A stretch of 20,000 nt of DNA from an uncultured virus (IMG/VR IMGVR_UViG_2554235432_000003) (IMGVR_UViG_2554235432_000003:54909-74908), one strand, 5' to 3'. Shown: positions 7,405 to 16,021, counted from the first letter of the stretch. The notes: a model not told the origin generated them from the sequence alone. Translations and numbers: made by a program.

Positions 7405-7824
7405 CTAGTGGGGGATAATAGTAAAGTGGCGATTGAGTTTACTATAAGCTTTCTCGACAAATTCTACTTTGGTTGCGTGCTTAAAATCCAGCAAGCGGTC
7501 AATTTGTGGTAGGTGTACATCTAAACGTCTTGCCATTTCTGCTTTTCGTACATCTTGTTTAATCATTTCATTGAGTAAAAACACTTTCATTGATTGAAGA
7601 ATAGATAAATCGACGGTGTGTTGTCCCTCTTTTACAGGGCTTGGTAATGGAATGGTGCGTCTATCATCAAAATAAAATTCAAGAGCTGCCGCTAAGCCAT
7701 CTTTTGCTTCAAGTAATGCTTCTTCAATATCTTCGCCAACGCTTGCCATTTCGGGAATATCCGGACAAGTCACTAAGTAGGTATTATTGTCATCTTTGGT
7801 GATTTCTACGGGGTAACGTAACAT
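7405..7824 (-). CDS. hicB: HicB antitoxin
   Basis: YPVEITKDD.YLVTCPDIPE...GEDIEEAL.EAKD N-domain plus C-terminal HTH (RKAEMARRLDVHLPQIDRLLD). Confidence 0.93.
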   Translation of the reverse strand: MLRYPVEITKDDNNTYLVTCPDIPEMASVGEDIEEALLEAKDGLAAALEFYFDDRRTIPLPSPVKEGQHTVDLSILQSMKVFLLNEMIKQDVRKAEMARRLDVHLPQIDRLLDFKHATKVEFVEKAYSKLNRHFTIIPH

Positions 7825-7863
7825 AATATCTCCTAGAAAAGCCCCTCTTTCGAGGGACTTTGA

Positions 7864-8046
7864 TTACTTAAGATCTAAGTCTTTTTTAATTTTATTCACT
7901 AAACCTGTACCAATCTCTTTACTGCCGTGATATGGGAAAACAGATTGTTTGCCGTTTAGTGTTACCTTTCGATGGCTTCCTCGCTTTTGTGTTTCGATTT
8001 CGCAACCTTGTGCAAGTAAGTATCTCAGGAACTCGCTGTATTTCAT
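7864..8046 (-). CDS. hicA: HicA mRNA interferase toxin (start corrected to 8046)
   Basis: MKYSEFLRYLLAQG...RGSHRK...PYHGSKEIGTGLVNKIKKDL; AAGGAGG RBS. Confidence 0.93.
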   Translation of the reverse strand: MKYSEFLRYLLAQGCEIETQKRGSHRKVTLNGKQSVFPYHGSKEIGTGLVNKIKKDLDLK

Positions 8047-8075
8047 AAGAACCTCCTTATCAAAACAGCAAAGGT

Positions 8076-8136
8076 ATAATACAACATTTTTGTTGTTTGT
8101 ACAACATTTTTGTTGTTTGTACAACAATTTTGTTGT
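8076..8136 (-). promoter_or_regulatory. hicAB promoter with three palindromic operators at 20-bp period
   Basis: TTGTAC (8104-8099)-N17-TATTAT (8081-76); ACAACA-N4-TGTTGT at 8081, 8101 and 8121. Confidence 0.75.
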
Positions 8137-8183
8137 GTTTTTTATGAAGGCAAAAGAAAACCGCCACGGCGGGCGGTTGTTGA

Positions 8184-8942
8184 TTAAGCAGCTAATCTTT
8201 CAAGCCATGTTTCTTTTTTAGAGAAAGGTAGCACCATAGCTTGATTGTTGAATAGTAATGATATTTCATTAAATTGTTGTGAGTTTAAGTCATTATCTAC
8301 AACAATGTAGTGCTGGTTATCGCTGTTTTCTGAAAGATCAATCATTTTGCCAAGAATGCCATATGCTCCAGCCCAACTTCTTGAGCTACTAATGCTTGTG
8401 GTGAATATTAACTTGTTTTTTCCGTTTCCAGTCAGGCTAATTGGTACGGATATTTCATGACCACTTGCCCCTATGATTTTGTTATCGAAACTTAAGCTTA
8501 ATTGATTAGGAAAATTAAATCTCTTAAATTCCGTTTTTACTGTTTTTTCAAAATTATCAACTTCAGGGAGCTGGAACCAATCTGACGATAATTGAGAAGA
8601 AATGATCGCATTCTGTGTAAGCAAATTTAAGCTGTTAGAAAGGTTTTGCCGTGTTGAATAGACCGCTAATTCTCCACGTTCATTTAATGACACACCATGC
8701 CGTTGAACCCGTTGTGCTATTTGTTGAATTCTCTTGCTACTTAGATTTATGCCTCTTGCACTAATATTCATTAGTGTTTGAGCATCATCAGTCACTAAAA
8801 AGTGATCAGAGCCGTATTGTTCGATAAATAACGTAATGAAAGACCCATCATTTAGCGTAAAAGGGGTGGTAATCTGGGTAAAGTCGTCTGCCAATGGTTG
8901 GCATTTATACCCTAGATTTGACAATACTGTATTGCACATCAT
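8184..8942 (-). CDS. DUF1828-like protein with C-terminal restriction-endonuclease-like region
   Basis: ITTPFTLNDGSFITLFIE...VTDDAQTL N-domain; IIGASGHE motif in the C-domain. Confidence 0.7.
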   Translation of the reverse strand: MMCNTVLSNLGYKCQPLADDFTQITTPFTLNDGSFITLFIEQYGSDHFLVTDDAQTLMNISARGINLSSKRIQQIAQRVQRHGVSLNERGELAVYSTRQNLSNSLNLLTQNAIISSQLSSDWFQLPEVDNFEKTVKTEFKRFNFPNQLSLSFDNKIIGASGHEISVPISLTGNGKNKLIFTTSISSSRSWAGAYGILGKMIDLSENSDNQHYIVVDNDLNSQQFNEISLLFNNQAMVLPFSKKETWLERLAA

Positions 8943-9481
8943 AGCGATAACTCCATTTGGCTTGCGTCTTGTTGCAGTGGGTGAGGTAGCTCACCGATAA
9001 TCTTTACATTAAATAAACTTGTGAAAATGTGTAAAAAATACGAAATATCACTTTGATTGTCAAACGGAATTTCGAGTGGATAGCCTGTTTCTTGATTATG
9101 TTTTTCATGAAGTAAGTGATAATGTGCCCCATCTACACGGCTTGGAGGTATAGGGTGAACATCAGTGTAAGCGTTTGAGTGCCCTATACCTTGTCCTTGA
9201 TCAACTGCTAATATCCTACGCCCTTTGTACAGAGCTAAAATATTAATAGACGGAAGTAGAAACTCTCTTCTTGGTGGTCTATATTGAATATGCAATTTTA
9301 AATAAGGGATAGGTATATCTTCATTATCAAGGAACACCGATTTTAATTCCATCCATTGCGGTGCAGGTTGATTATCCTGCTTTGGTATCCATTTTGCAAA
9401 CTGCATATTCAGTATTTTAGGTTGTTCAATAATCGCATCAATTTCTTTCTGCGGAATAATTAGCAGATCATCTTTAGCCAT
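8939..9481 (-). CDS. His-motif protein translationally coupled to the DUF1828-like gene (DUF6978-like)
   Basis: RILAVD...HSN...GAHYH motif; ATGA overlap with the next gene. The family name is tentative. Confidence 0.6.
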   Translation of the reverse strand: MAKDDLLIIPQKEIDAIIEQPKILNMQFAKWIPKQDNQPAPQWMELKSVFLDNEDIPIPYLKLHIQYRPPRREFLLPSINILALYKGRRILAVDQGQGIGHSNAYTDVHPIPPSRVDGAHYHLLHEKHNQETGYPLEIPFDNQSDISYFLHIFTSLFNVKIIGELPHPLQQDASQMELSL

Positions 9482-9522
9482 TTCATTTCCCTTCAGTAAT
9501 CTTCAACAAAAACACCTAAACA

Positions 9523-9546
9523 CTACAAATAACTCCTATGCTCAAC
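9523..9546 (-). repeat. Orphan duplicate of the cI 3' end (VEHRSYL-stop)
   Basis: 22/24 identical to 10456-10479; both differences are synonymous. Confidence 0.9.
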
Positions 9547-10394
9547 TATTCTCCATCTTCAATCAACAACGGCTTATCTTTTAATGGTTCAAGCGATTTT
9601 GATTTTAATAAGGATTGCATTTGTTGAATGGCCAGGCGGTTTAAAATGGTAAGTCGCTCTTTTTGTGAGACACCTTGCTCTATGAGTAGTGCATTTTGGC
9701 TTTCTAGAGCGGCTAATACCGTAAGTTGCTCAACGCTGGCATAATCTCGAATGTTGCCTTTTAATGTCGGATTTTGCTCACGCCATTGTTTGGCGGTTAA
9801 ACCGAACATAGCTTGGTTTAGAATATCGGCTTCCGCAGAATACACAAATATTGGTTGTGTGCTGTTCAGTAATCTGGGAATAAGATGTGCTTGAATAGCA
9901 TCGGTATGAATGCGGTAATTAGCTTTGCTTAGAATACGTTTAACATTCCATTCCGTTTTATTTTCTTGGGCTTCTTTTTGTTTGAGACGTTGGAACTCTT
10001 TGATGAGATAGAGTTTAAACTCTGGGCTGAGCCAAGAGCCAAATTCAAGGGCAATATCCTTATGAGCATAAGTACCGCTACCATAACGCCCCGTTTTAGC
10101 GATTAAGCCGATAGCATTTGTTGCTGACCACTTTTTGACAGACATTACAAACCGGTTTAAGCCGATGTTATTTTTAATTTGGTGTAATTCCACCAAATTA
10201 AAATTTGGGTTGTTAATCTCTTCCCAAACTTGCAAAAATTCAATGGTGTTTTTGTTTTGTAGCCAGTTTTTGATGAGTTGATCACCATCACCAAAGGCTT
10301 TGCACATATCTGTTAGGCTGATATAGTCTTCGCCATTTCGTTCTGTAACCCGAATTTCTGTCTCTTGTACGATTATTACATCATTAGGAACCAT
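9546..10394 (-). CDS. KilA-N domain DNA-binding protein
   Basis: DYISLTDMCK, IKNWLQNKNTIEFLQVWE and GRYGSGTYAHKDIALEFGSWLSPEFKLY motifs. Confidence 0.9.
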   Translation of the reverse strand: MVPNDVIIVQETEIRVTERNGEDYISLTDMCKAFGDGDQLIKNWLQNKNTIEFLQVWEEINNPNFNLVELHQIKNNIGLNRFVMSVKKWSATNAIGLIAKTGRYGSGTYAHKDIALEFGSWLSPEFKLYLIKEFQRLKQKEAQENKTEWNVKRILSKANYRIHTDAIQAHLIPRLLNSTQPIFVYSAEADILNQAMFGLTAKQWREQNPTLKGNIRDYASVEQLTVLAALESQNALLIEQGVSQKERLTILNRLAIQQMQSLLKSKSLEPLKDKPLLIEDGE

Positions 10395-10455
10395 ACCATT
10401 CTCCAGTTTTAATTATGGCGAACTCGCCTATTTACTCAATAAAATTCAATAGTTG

Positions 10456-11112
10456 CTACAAGTAGCTCCTATGCTCAACCGCCACGCCTATAATACGAAT
10501 ATCTTGTTTCATTGAACTGAGAGTTGGGAAATCTTGATTTAATGGCACTAGCTCAAAATGTGGATTGCCTGATGGTGATAATTCACCTAATTCACGATAA
10601 CGTTTTAAGGTAGCTTCACCATTACCATTCACAGCTGCGACGAAATCTCCAGGATGTGGGCGTTTTCTTATATCGATTAACACCAAGTCCCCTTCGCTGA
10701 ATTTAGGTTCCATAGACATTCCGGTCACTCGTAAGAAAAACGCATTTGGACCTGCGTCAATTTCAGTGTCGATATAGTCATAGCCTTCTGTATCTCGATA
10801 GTCAAAGACTTCAGGCCATACTCCAGCTTGAATTGAGCTAATTAAAGGGTATGAGTATGAATTCTTAACTATTACAGGCTCTACATTCGGGTCGCCAAAA
10901 GCAAGCTTTGCTGGATCTATACCAATAACTTTTGCTATCACTTCAATATCATCAAGATCAGGCATTCTTACATTTGTTTCGTAGTTAGCAATTCTAGATT
11001 GCCCCCATTTAGAACGCTCTCTTGTATCAATTTTTGATACAGCTTCTGCAAAATCCTTTTGGTTCATTCCTGTTTTGGCTCTAAAAGCTTTTATCCGCTC
11101 ACCTATTTTCAT
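10456..11112 (-). CDS. cI: CI-like repressor (HTH plus S24 autopeptidase)
   Basis: N-terminal HTH, Ala-Gly site (IQAG), GMSMEP serine and ATLKRY lysine motifs; divergent from cro. Confidence 0.95.
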   Translation of the reverse strand: MKIGERIKAFRAKTGMNQKDFAEAVSKIDTRERSKWGQSRIANYETNVRMPDLDDIEVIAKVIGIDPAKLAFGDPNVEPVIVKNSYSYPLISSIQAGVWPEVFDYRDTEGYDYIDTEIDAGPNAFFLRVTGMSMEPKFSEGDLVLIDIRKRPHPGDFVAAVNGNGEATLKRYRELGELSPSGNPHFELVPLNQDFPTLSSMKQDIRIIGVAVEHRSYL

Positions 11113-11144
11113 ATACCGCTCCTTAACCTATAACCAAACAATAA

Positions 11145-11241
11145 TATCACGCAATGAAATATCATCAAAATCACAAAAAGTGTTTTACATAAATCACTTG
11201 ATGTGATTAAATGTGCGTTATCTTAATCACAAAAAAGGATA
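11145..11241. promoter_or_regulatory. oR operators, pR/pRM region
   Basis: AATCAC-N5-GTGATT perfect at 11192-11208; degenerate at 11169-85, 11145-61 and 11225-41. Confidence 0.75.
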
Positions 11242-11244
11242 ACT

Positions 11245-11451
11245 ATGAATAATCTTGCAAAAGTAAGGGAAAGCGTAGGTATTACTCAAAAGCAATTAGC
11301 CGATCAACTCGGATTTGGACAACCAAGAATAGCTAACTATGAAACTGGTAATCGAACTCCATCGTTAGCTGATGCTAGAAGAATTGTATCTGCTCTTAAT
11401 AAATTTGGTGCTACAACATCTTTAGACGACGTTTTCCCTGTTGGCAGTTAA
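11245..11451 (+). CDS. cro: Cro-like HTH regulator
   Basis: 68-aa XRE HTH; recognition helix QPRIANYE nearly matches CI QSRIANYE. Confidence 0.9.
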   Translation: MNNLAKVRESVGITQKQLADQLGFGQPRIANYETGNRTPSLADARRIVSALNKFGATTSLDDVFPVGS

Positions 11452-11468
11452 TTTACCCAAAGGAGTGT

Positions 11469-11482
11469 GCAATGGCACGCAA
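11469..11482 (-). promoter_or_regulatory. CII-binding site of pRE
   Basis: TTGC-N6-TTGC on the minus strand overlapping the cII start, as in lambda. Confidence 0.7.
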
Positions 11483-11748
11483 TGAATTAAGCAAGTCTGC
11501 AATGAAGATTGCGGACTTAATCAGACAGAAGGCATCATAGACGAAAGATGCTCAAGCGGCAGAATATGTTGGTGTAGATACATCAACGATTTGTCGTTTT
11601 AAGGCAGAACATTTAGACAAATTCTGTGCTTACCTTGATTTTTTAGAATTGGAAGTATCAGAAAAACGGTTTAAATCGTTTGACAGACAGTGAACTCGAT
11701 GCACTTAAGCTATTTGCAGAGAAGGGCGTTCACGCTATTGGCAAATAA
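11472..11748 (+). pseudogene. cII: cII-like gene with internal stop and frameshift
   Basis: AGGAG RBS; MARNELSKSAMKIADLIRQKAS-TAG(11538-40)-TKDAQAAEYVGVDTSTICRFK (CII-like HTH); extra A in the run 11662-66; restored stop 11746-48. Confidence 0.75.
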
Positions 11749-11783
11749 AAACCCCACGCTGGAACGTGGGTAATGGGGAAATA

Positions 11784-12515
11784 ATGTTTATGAAAACAGA
11801 GTTATTATCTACTAATCAGAGAGAAAATGCAACCCTGACGATGAGTAGTCGGGAGATTGCACGAATCACAGAAAGCAGACACCGTGATGTGTGCTTATCT
11901 ATTAGAAACCTGATGAATAAAGGGGTAATTGGGGGGTATGCGGAAAGTCCGTACACCCATGAGCAAAATGGGCAAGTCTATTACGAGTATCATATTAATA
12001 AACGTGATACTTATGTGATTGTGGCTCAATTCTCTCCTGAATTTACTGCTCGTTTAGTTGATCGTTGGCAAGAGTTAGAGCAAAAGCAAGTGCAACAACT
12101 CCCTAGCTATTCAGAAGCATTACGCCAACTCGCCGATAAAATCGAAGAGAGTGAGCAAAAATCCCTTCAAATTGCCTCAATGGAAAGTTATTTCCGTAAT
12201 GGGATTTCACCGTTTGAGTTTGTCAAAGGCTTGAATGGAGTGAACGCTTTGAAAATTGGGGCGTTTTTAGTGGATAAAAACTGGCTCTATCAAGATGGTA
12301 ATCATAAACGTGTGAAGTCGTACGCTCGTGATCAGTATTTGACGGAAGAAACGACGGAGATTTCGCAACACGGAAAAGATCCGTTTGTGGCATATAAACC
12401 TGTTTTACTCAAGAAAGGGGCGGCAAAGCTCTATGAGTGGTACACAAAGCGAGAATTACCGATGAAAGCAAATTGGAATGGCGTATTTACTCAAGATAAG
12501 GTGGTGGGATTATGA
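11784..12515 (+). CDS. Rha-family regulator with antirepressor-like C-domain
   Basis: TMSSREIARITESRHRDV and SPEFTARLVDRWQELE...LPSYSEALRQLAD motifs. Confidence 0.85.
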   Translation: MFMKTELLSTNQRENATLTMSSREIARITESRHRDVCLSIRNLMNKGVIGGYAESPYTHEQNGQVYYEYHINKRDTYVIVAQFSPEFTARLVDRWQELEQKQVQQLPSYSEALRQLADKIEESEQKSLQIASMESYFRNGISPFEFVKGLNGVNALKIGAFLVDKNWLYQDGNHKRVKSYARDQYLTEETTEISQHGKDPFVAYKPVLLKKGAAKLYEWYTKRELPMKANWNGVFTQDKVVGL

Positions 12516-13411
12516 GTTTTAGCCAAAAATTACGCCAACTGGGACAACCTATTGCGTACTATCCACAATTAGCAAAACCGTTAGGCGGTGTGACAGCGGC
12601 AATTTTATTTGGGCAATTATTCTTTTGGCAGGATAAGACCTCAAACCCATTAGGCGTATATAAAACACAAGCTGAGCTTGAGCAGGAAACGGGATTAAGT
12701 CGCCGTGAGCAAGAAACGGCTCGCAAAAAATTAGTTGAGCTAGGCATATTGGTTGAAACTCACAAACGCTTAGAGCACCGCATTTATTTCAAACTGGATT
12801 TAGTTAAATTTGATGCATTAATGGACGACATTCGGGAAGAAGCAAAACCGCCATTACCCAATGTCACTAATGAACATTCCCCAATGGCGGAAAGCGACAT
12901 TCGGGAAGAAGCAAAACCGCCATTACCCAATGTCACTAATGAACATTCCCCAATGGCGGAAAGCGACATTCGGGAAGAAGCAAAACCGCCATTCGTTAAT
13001 ACAGAGAATACTTCAGAGAATACTAACAATAATACTTCCCTGACGGGAAGTATAAACGCGCGCGAGAAAAAATCCGCAGATTTGATTTTGTTGGAAAAGT
13101 TTGGGATTACCGAACAACTGGCAAAAGATTTCATCGTTCATCGGAAATCTTTCAAAGCTCCGATCACCGAAACTGCGTTGAAAGGTTTTCAGCGTGAGGC
13201 GGACAAAGCCAAAATTCCTATTCAACAAGCCATTGCGATTTCGATTGAGCGTGGTTGGCGTGGGTTCAATGCTGGTTGGGATTGGCAAAATGACGGAGTT
13301 TCTGCAAAAAATCCACAAAATCCGTCCGCTCGTAATACTTCCAAGCCGTTTATCCCTGATGACGAAGGCAACTGGGCGGAAGGTATGTCTATCACGCTAA
13401 GGGGAAGTTAA
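12512..13411 (+). CDS. Phage replication initiator (O-analogue)
   Basis: N-terminal winged HTH (YKTQAELEQETGLSRREQETARKKL), internal iteron repeats, immediately upstream of a P-like gene. Confidence 0.85.
   Translation: MSFSQKLRQLGQPIAYYPQLAKPLGGVTAAILFGQLFFWQDKTSNPLGVYKTQAELEQETGLSRREQETARKKLVELGILVETHKRLEHRIYFKLDLVKFDALMDDIREEAKPPLPNVTNEHSPMAESDIREEAKPPLPNVTNEHSPMAESDIREEAKPPFVNTENTSENTNNNTSLTGSINAREKKSADLILLEKFGITEQLAKDFIVHRKSFKAPITETALKGFQREADKAKIPIQQAIAISIERGWRGFNAGWDWQNDGVSAKNPQNPSARNTSKPFIPDDEGNWAEGMSITLRGS
12826..12993 (+). repeat. Perfect 69-bp tandem repeat x2.4, probable origin iterons
   Basis: Units start at 12826, 12895 and 12964; encode DIREEAKPPLPNVTNEHSPMAES; followed by an AT-rich tract with CAGAGAATACT x2. 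Confidence 0.9.
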
Positions 13412-14085
13412 TGCAAAACGTGGCATCAATGAACTTGAAAAGCCTTGTCGGGCAAGAGCCAAATTACCAAGTGCCAGCAAAGACAACGGCAATTCCTGAC
13501 GGTGCGATTAGAACCGTTAATCAATTATTCATTCAGCTTCGGGCGATTTTTCCTGCATGGAAAAATTCATTTCCTGATGCAGACAGTTACCGTGAAGCAA
13601 AACGGATTTGGCTTGAAACGTTGGTGAATGAAAAAATTACGACGATTGAGCAACTGCAAAACGGGATTGCGCGAGCGAAAAAATCCAAAAATCCATTCTG
13701 GCCAAGCGTAGGCGAGTTTGTGGAGTGGTGCAAAACGGTGGACTACGAAGCGTTAGGTTTGCCTGATGAAGATAGACTTTACCAGCGGTTACAAGCGTTT
13801 ATGAGGTTTGGCATGGAAGAAATCCAGCAGTTTAAGTTTGCTTCTACTGCGGAGTATTACTTGATTACCAATTTGTATGTGCGTTGTCGGACTGGTGAAT
13901 GGAGCGATAAGCAACTCAAAGATGAGATTAAAAAATCCCTCGTCAAAATGAGCAAGCGGTTAAAAACGGGGGAGGTTTTACCAGAACCAAAGCTGGCATT
14001 ACCTCAAGAAGTGAAAGCAGTCAATAGTGAAAAGGTGAGGGCTTTCTGGGGTGGTTTGTTGAAACAGGTTAGAGGGAGAAGATGA
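13411..14085 (+). CDS. Lambda P-like helicase loader
   Basis: LFIQLRAIFPAW, AKRIW and PFWPSVGEFVEWC motifs. Confidence 0.85.
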   Translation: MQNVASMNLKSLVGQEPNYQVPAKTTAIPDGAIRTVNQLFIQLRAIFPAWKNSFPDADSYREAKRIWLETLVNEKITTIEQLQNGIARAKKSKNPFWPSVGEFVEWCKTVDYEALGLPDEDRLYQRLQAFMRFGMEEIQQFKFASTAEYYLITNLYVRCRTGEWSDKQLKDEIKKSLVKMSKRLKTGEVLPEPKLALPQEVKAVNSEKVRAFWGGLLKQVRGRR

Positions 14086-14142
14086 GTTTGGATTTTATTA
14101 AGAAGGTAGGTGGGTATTTTAGAAAAGAGCAGGTTGGTAGGT

Positions 14143-14574
14143 ATGGAGCATAAGCGAAAATACTTTTTACGCACTGAGAAAATTAAAAACAATGCCCTTG
14201 AATTTGTGAAAGCGTTGCCAATAGATGAGAAAAAGCCGTTAGTGGTTGAAGTGAAGCCTATTACTCGCAACCTTGAGCAAAATGCCAAATTCCACGCAAT
14301 GTGCGGCGATATTGCTAAACAGGTGCAATTTAACGGCGAATGGCTACCGCTTGAAGCGTGGAAGGTTCTTTTAATTTCTGCTCACGCAGAAGCAACGAAA
14401 GAAGGTTCTTGTTTGGTCACAGGATTGGAAGGCGAATTAGTGAATATTCGTGAGAGTACGGCTCAAATGAGCGTAAAACGAATGGCAAGTTTAATCGAAT
14501 ATGCAACTTCGTGGGGTGTTTCTAATGGGGTGCAGTTTTTAATGACAGATGGGAATTTTTGGGGGGTGAAATGA
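14143..14574 (+). CDS. ninB: NinB/YbcN-family recombination protein
   Basis: TRNLEQNAKFHAMCGDIAKQV and RESTAQMSVKRMASLIEY motifs. Confidence 0.88.
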   Translation: MEHKRKYFLRTEKIKNNALEFVKALPIDEKKPLVVEVKPITRNLEQNAKFHAMCGDIAKQVQFNGEWLPLEAWKVLLISAHAEATKEGSCLVTGLEGELVNIRESTAQMSVKRMASLIEYATSWGVSNGVQFLMTDGNFWGVK

Positions 14575-14924
14575 TGGAAATTAAATCTTTTTCTTTTGGA
14601 AAATTAATTGCGGATTTAGCTATTGTTGGTGGCTTTGTTTATTCGCACTTGTATCTCACGGATAGTGCAGTAGTAAATGTTTATATTTGGGCTTTCTGGG
14701 CATTTTCTATTTTAACTTTAATGTCTGCGTTTATTAAGCCCACTAAGTTTTTGTTCACGGAAAACAGAGCCAAGCAAATGATTATAAGTGAGTTAACTAT
14801 TAGCTTGGTCTTGGTTTATTTTGGGTATCCAGTATTAGCTACGGTCGGTTTTATATCAACTCTTGCTTATGCTGGCTGTAGAACTGTAAAGAACAACAAG
14901 AAAACAGGTAAACACAATGAGTAG
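14571..14924 (+). CDS. Small multi-pass membrane protein
   Basis: About 4 hydrophobic segments; ATGA overlap with ninB. Confidence 0.7.
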   Translation: MMEIKSFSFGKLIADLAIVGGFVYSHLYLTDSAVVNVYIWAFWAFSILTLMSAFIKPTKFLFTENRAKQMIISELTISLVLVYFGYPVLATVGFISTLAYAGCRTVKNNKKTGKHNE

Positions 14925-15097
14925 TTACTTCTGCCCAAACTGCCAATCAATTCTTAAAGACTGGCGTAGGTTTTCTGAAAAAGTCAGAGATTAATAAGGA
15001 GAAGCCGTTTGAATGTACTGGCTTGAAGTGCACTAAGCGGTGGAGTGAGGAAGAATTGGAGGCATTTAATGATAAAGCCGAAAGTGAAAAAGCGTAA
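14917..15097 (+). pseudogene. Small Zn-ribbon nin-region protein, frameshifted in A-run 14978-82
   Basis: Removing one A gives MSSYFCPNCQ...FECTGLKC...ESEKA-stop (59 aa, CxxC...Cx4C). Confidence 0.6.
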
Positions 15098-15638
15098 ATG
15101 CAAATGCTGTGGTGGTGAGTTTAAGTCTGCGGATAGCTTTAGAAAATGGTGTAGTGCTGAATGTGGTGTGAAACTTGCCAAAATAGCCCAAGAGAAAGCA
15201 CGTCAAAAAGCCATAGAAAAGCGAAATCGAGAAGAAAGGGCAAAGATTAAAGCAACGAGAGAACGCTTAAAATCTCGTTCTGAATGGCTTAAAGACGCTC
15301 AGGCTGTTTTTAATGAATACATTCGTTTACGAGATAAAGATGAGCCTTGTATTTCGTGCCAGCGTTTTCATCAAGGTCAATATCACGCAGGGCATTATCG
15401 CACGGTAAAAGCGATGCCAGAGCTGAGATTTAATGAGGACAATGTTCATAAACAATGCAGTGCTTGTAACAATCATTTGAGCGGAAACATTACAGAATAC
15501 CGTATCAACCTTGTACGTAAAATCGGGGCAGAGCGAGTAGAAGCATTGGAAAGCTATCACCCTCCTGTGAAGTGGTCGGATGAGGATTGTAAGGAAATTA
15601 TTAAAACGTATAGGGCGAAGATTAAGGAGTTGAAATGA
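15069..15638 (+). CDS. ninG: NinG/Rap HNH-type recombination endonuclease
   Basis: CKCC...CSAEC, FNEYIRLRD..PCISC, HAGHYR and NVHKQCSACNNHLSGN motifs. Confidence 0.92.
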   Translation: MIKPKVKKRKCKCCGGEFKSADSFRKWCSAECGVKLAKIAQEKARQKAIEKRNREERAKIKATRERLKSRSEWLKDAQAVFNEYIRLRDKDEPCISCQRFHQGQYHAGHYRTVKAMPELRFNEDNVHKQCSACNNHLSGNITEYRINLVRKIGAERVEALESYHPPVKWSDEDCKEIIKTYRAKIKELK

Positions 15639-16013
15639 TTAGATTGCATATCAGCATTGACGATATTTTGAATGTTTGGGTTCGTCGCTGGGCTTCTCAT
15701 CGTGGGTGCCGTGGTTATCCATCATTACAATCCTTTATGCCTGAGGCGACTGTTAAAATTACCAAGTATAGTATTGATGAACTGTCAGAGGAACATTATC
15801 TTAAGCTAGATGAAGCTGTGATGACATTACACGATTTGAACTTAGAAGCCTATCAGGTGTTAATGGCGGTGGTTTTTACAGGGGCAGGATAAGAAGAATA
15901 TTTGTCTTGAAATGCATATTTCACCTACTACATTTGATAACCGTTTACGCACCGCACGAGATTTTATGGAAGGGGCCGTGTTTGGTTCGGGGTTGATTAG
16001 ACTGAAGTTTTAG
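15635..16013 (+). CDS. Late antiterminator Q, frameshifted at ~15872
   Basis: WVRRW...GYPS N-terminus. Removing one G gives VFLQGQDKKNICLEMHISPTTFDNRLRTARDFMEG (HTH) to TAG 16013. Last gene of the nin region. Confidence 0.75.
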
Positions 16014-16021
16014 GCGTATTG

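Noticed and set aside
7269..7460. 63-aa minus-strand ORF after hicB
   Set aside because: It crosses the hicB terminator and a degenerate uptake sequence; no coding signal.
8047..8127. N-terminal extension of hicA
   Set aside because: It is promoter/operator repeat sequence; AAGGAGG precedes ATG 8046.
12826..12993. Possible CRISPR-like or DGR repeat
   Set aside because: Contiguous identical in-frame units with no spacers; no cas or reverse transcriptase gene in the window.
14082..14153. 23-codon ORF between P and ninB
   Set aside because: Possibly a deletion remnant, but too short and featureless to support.
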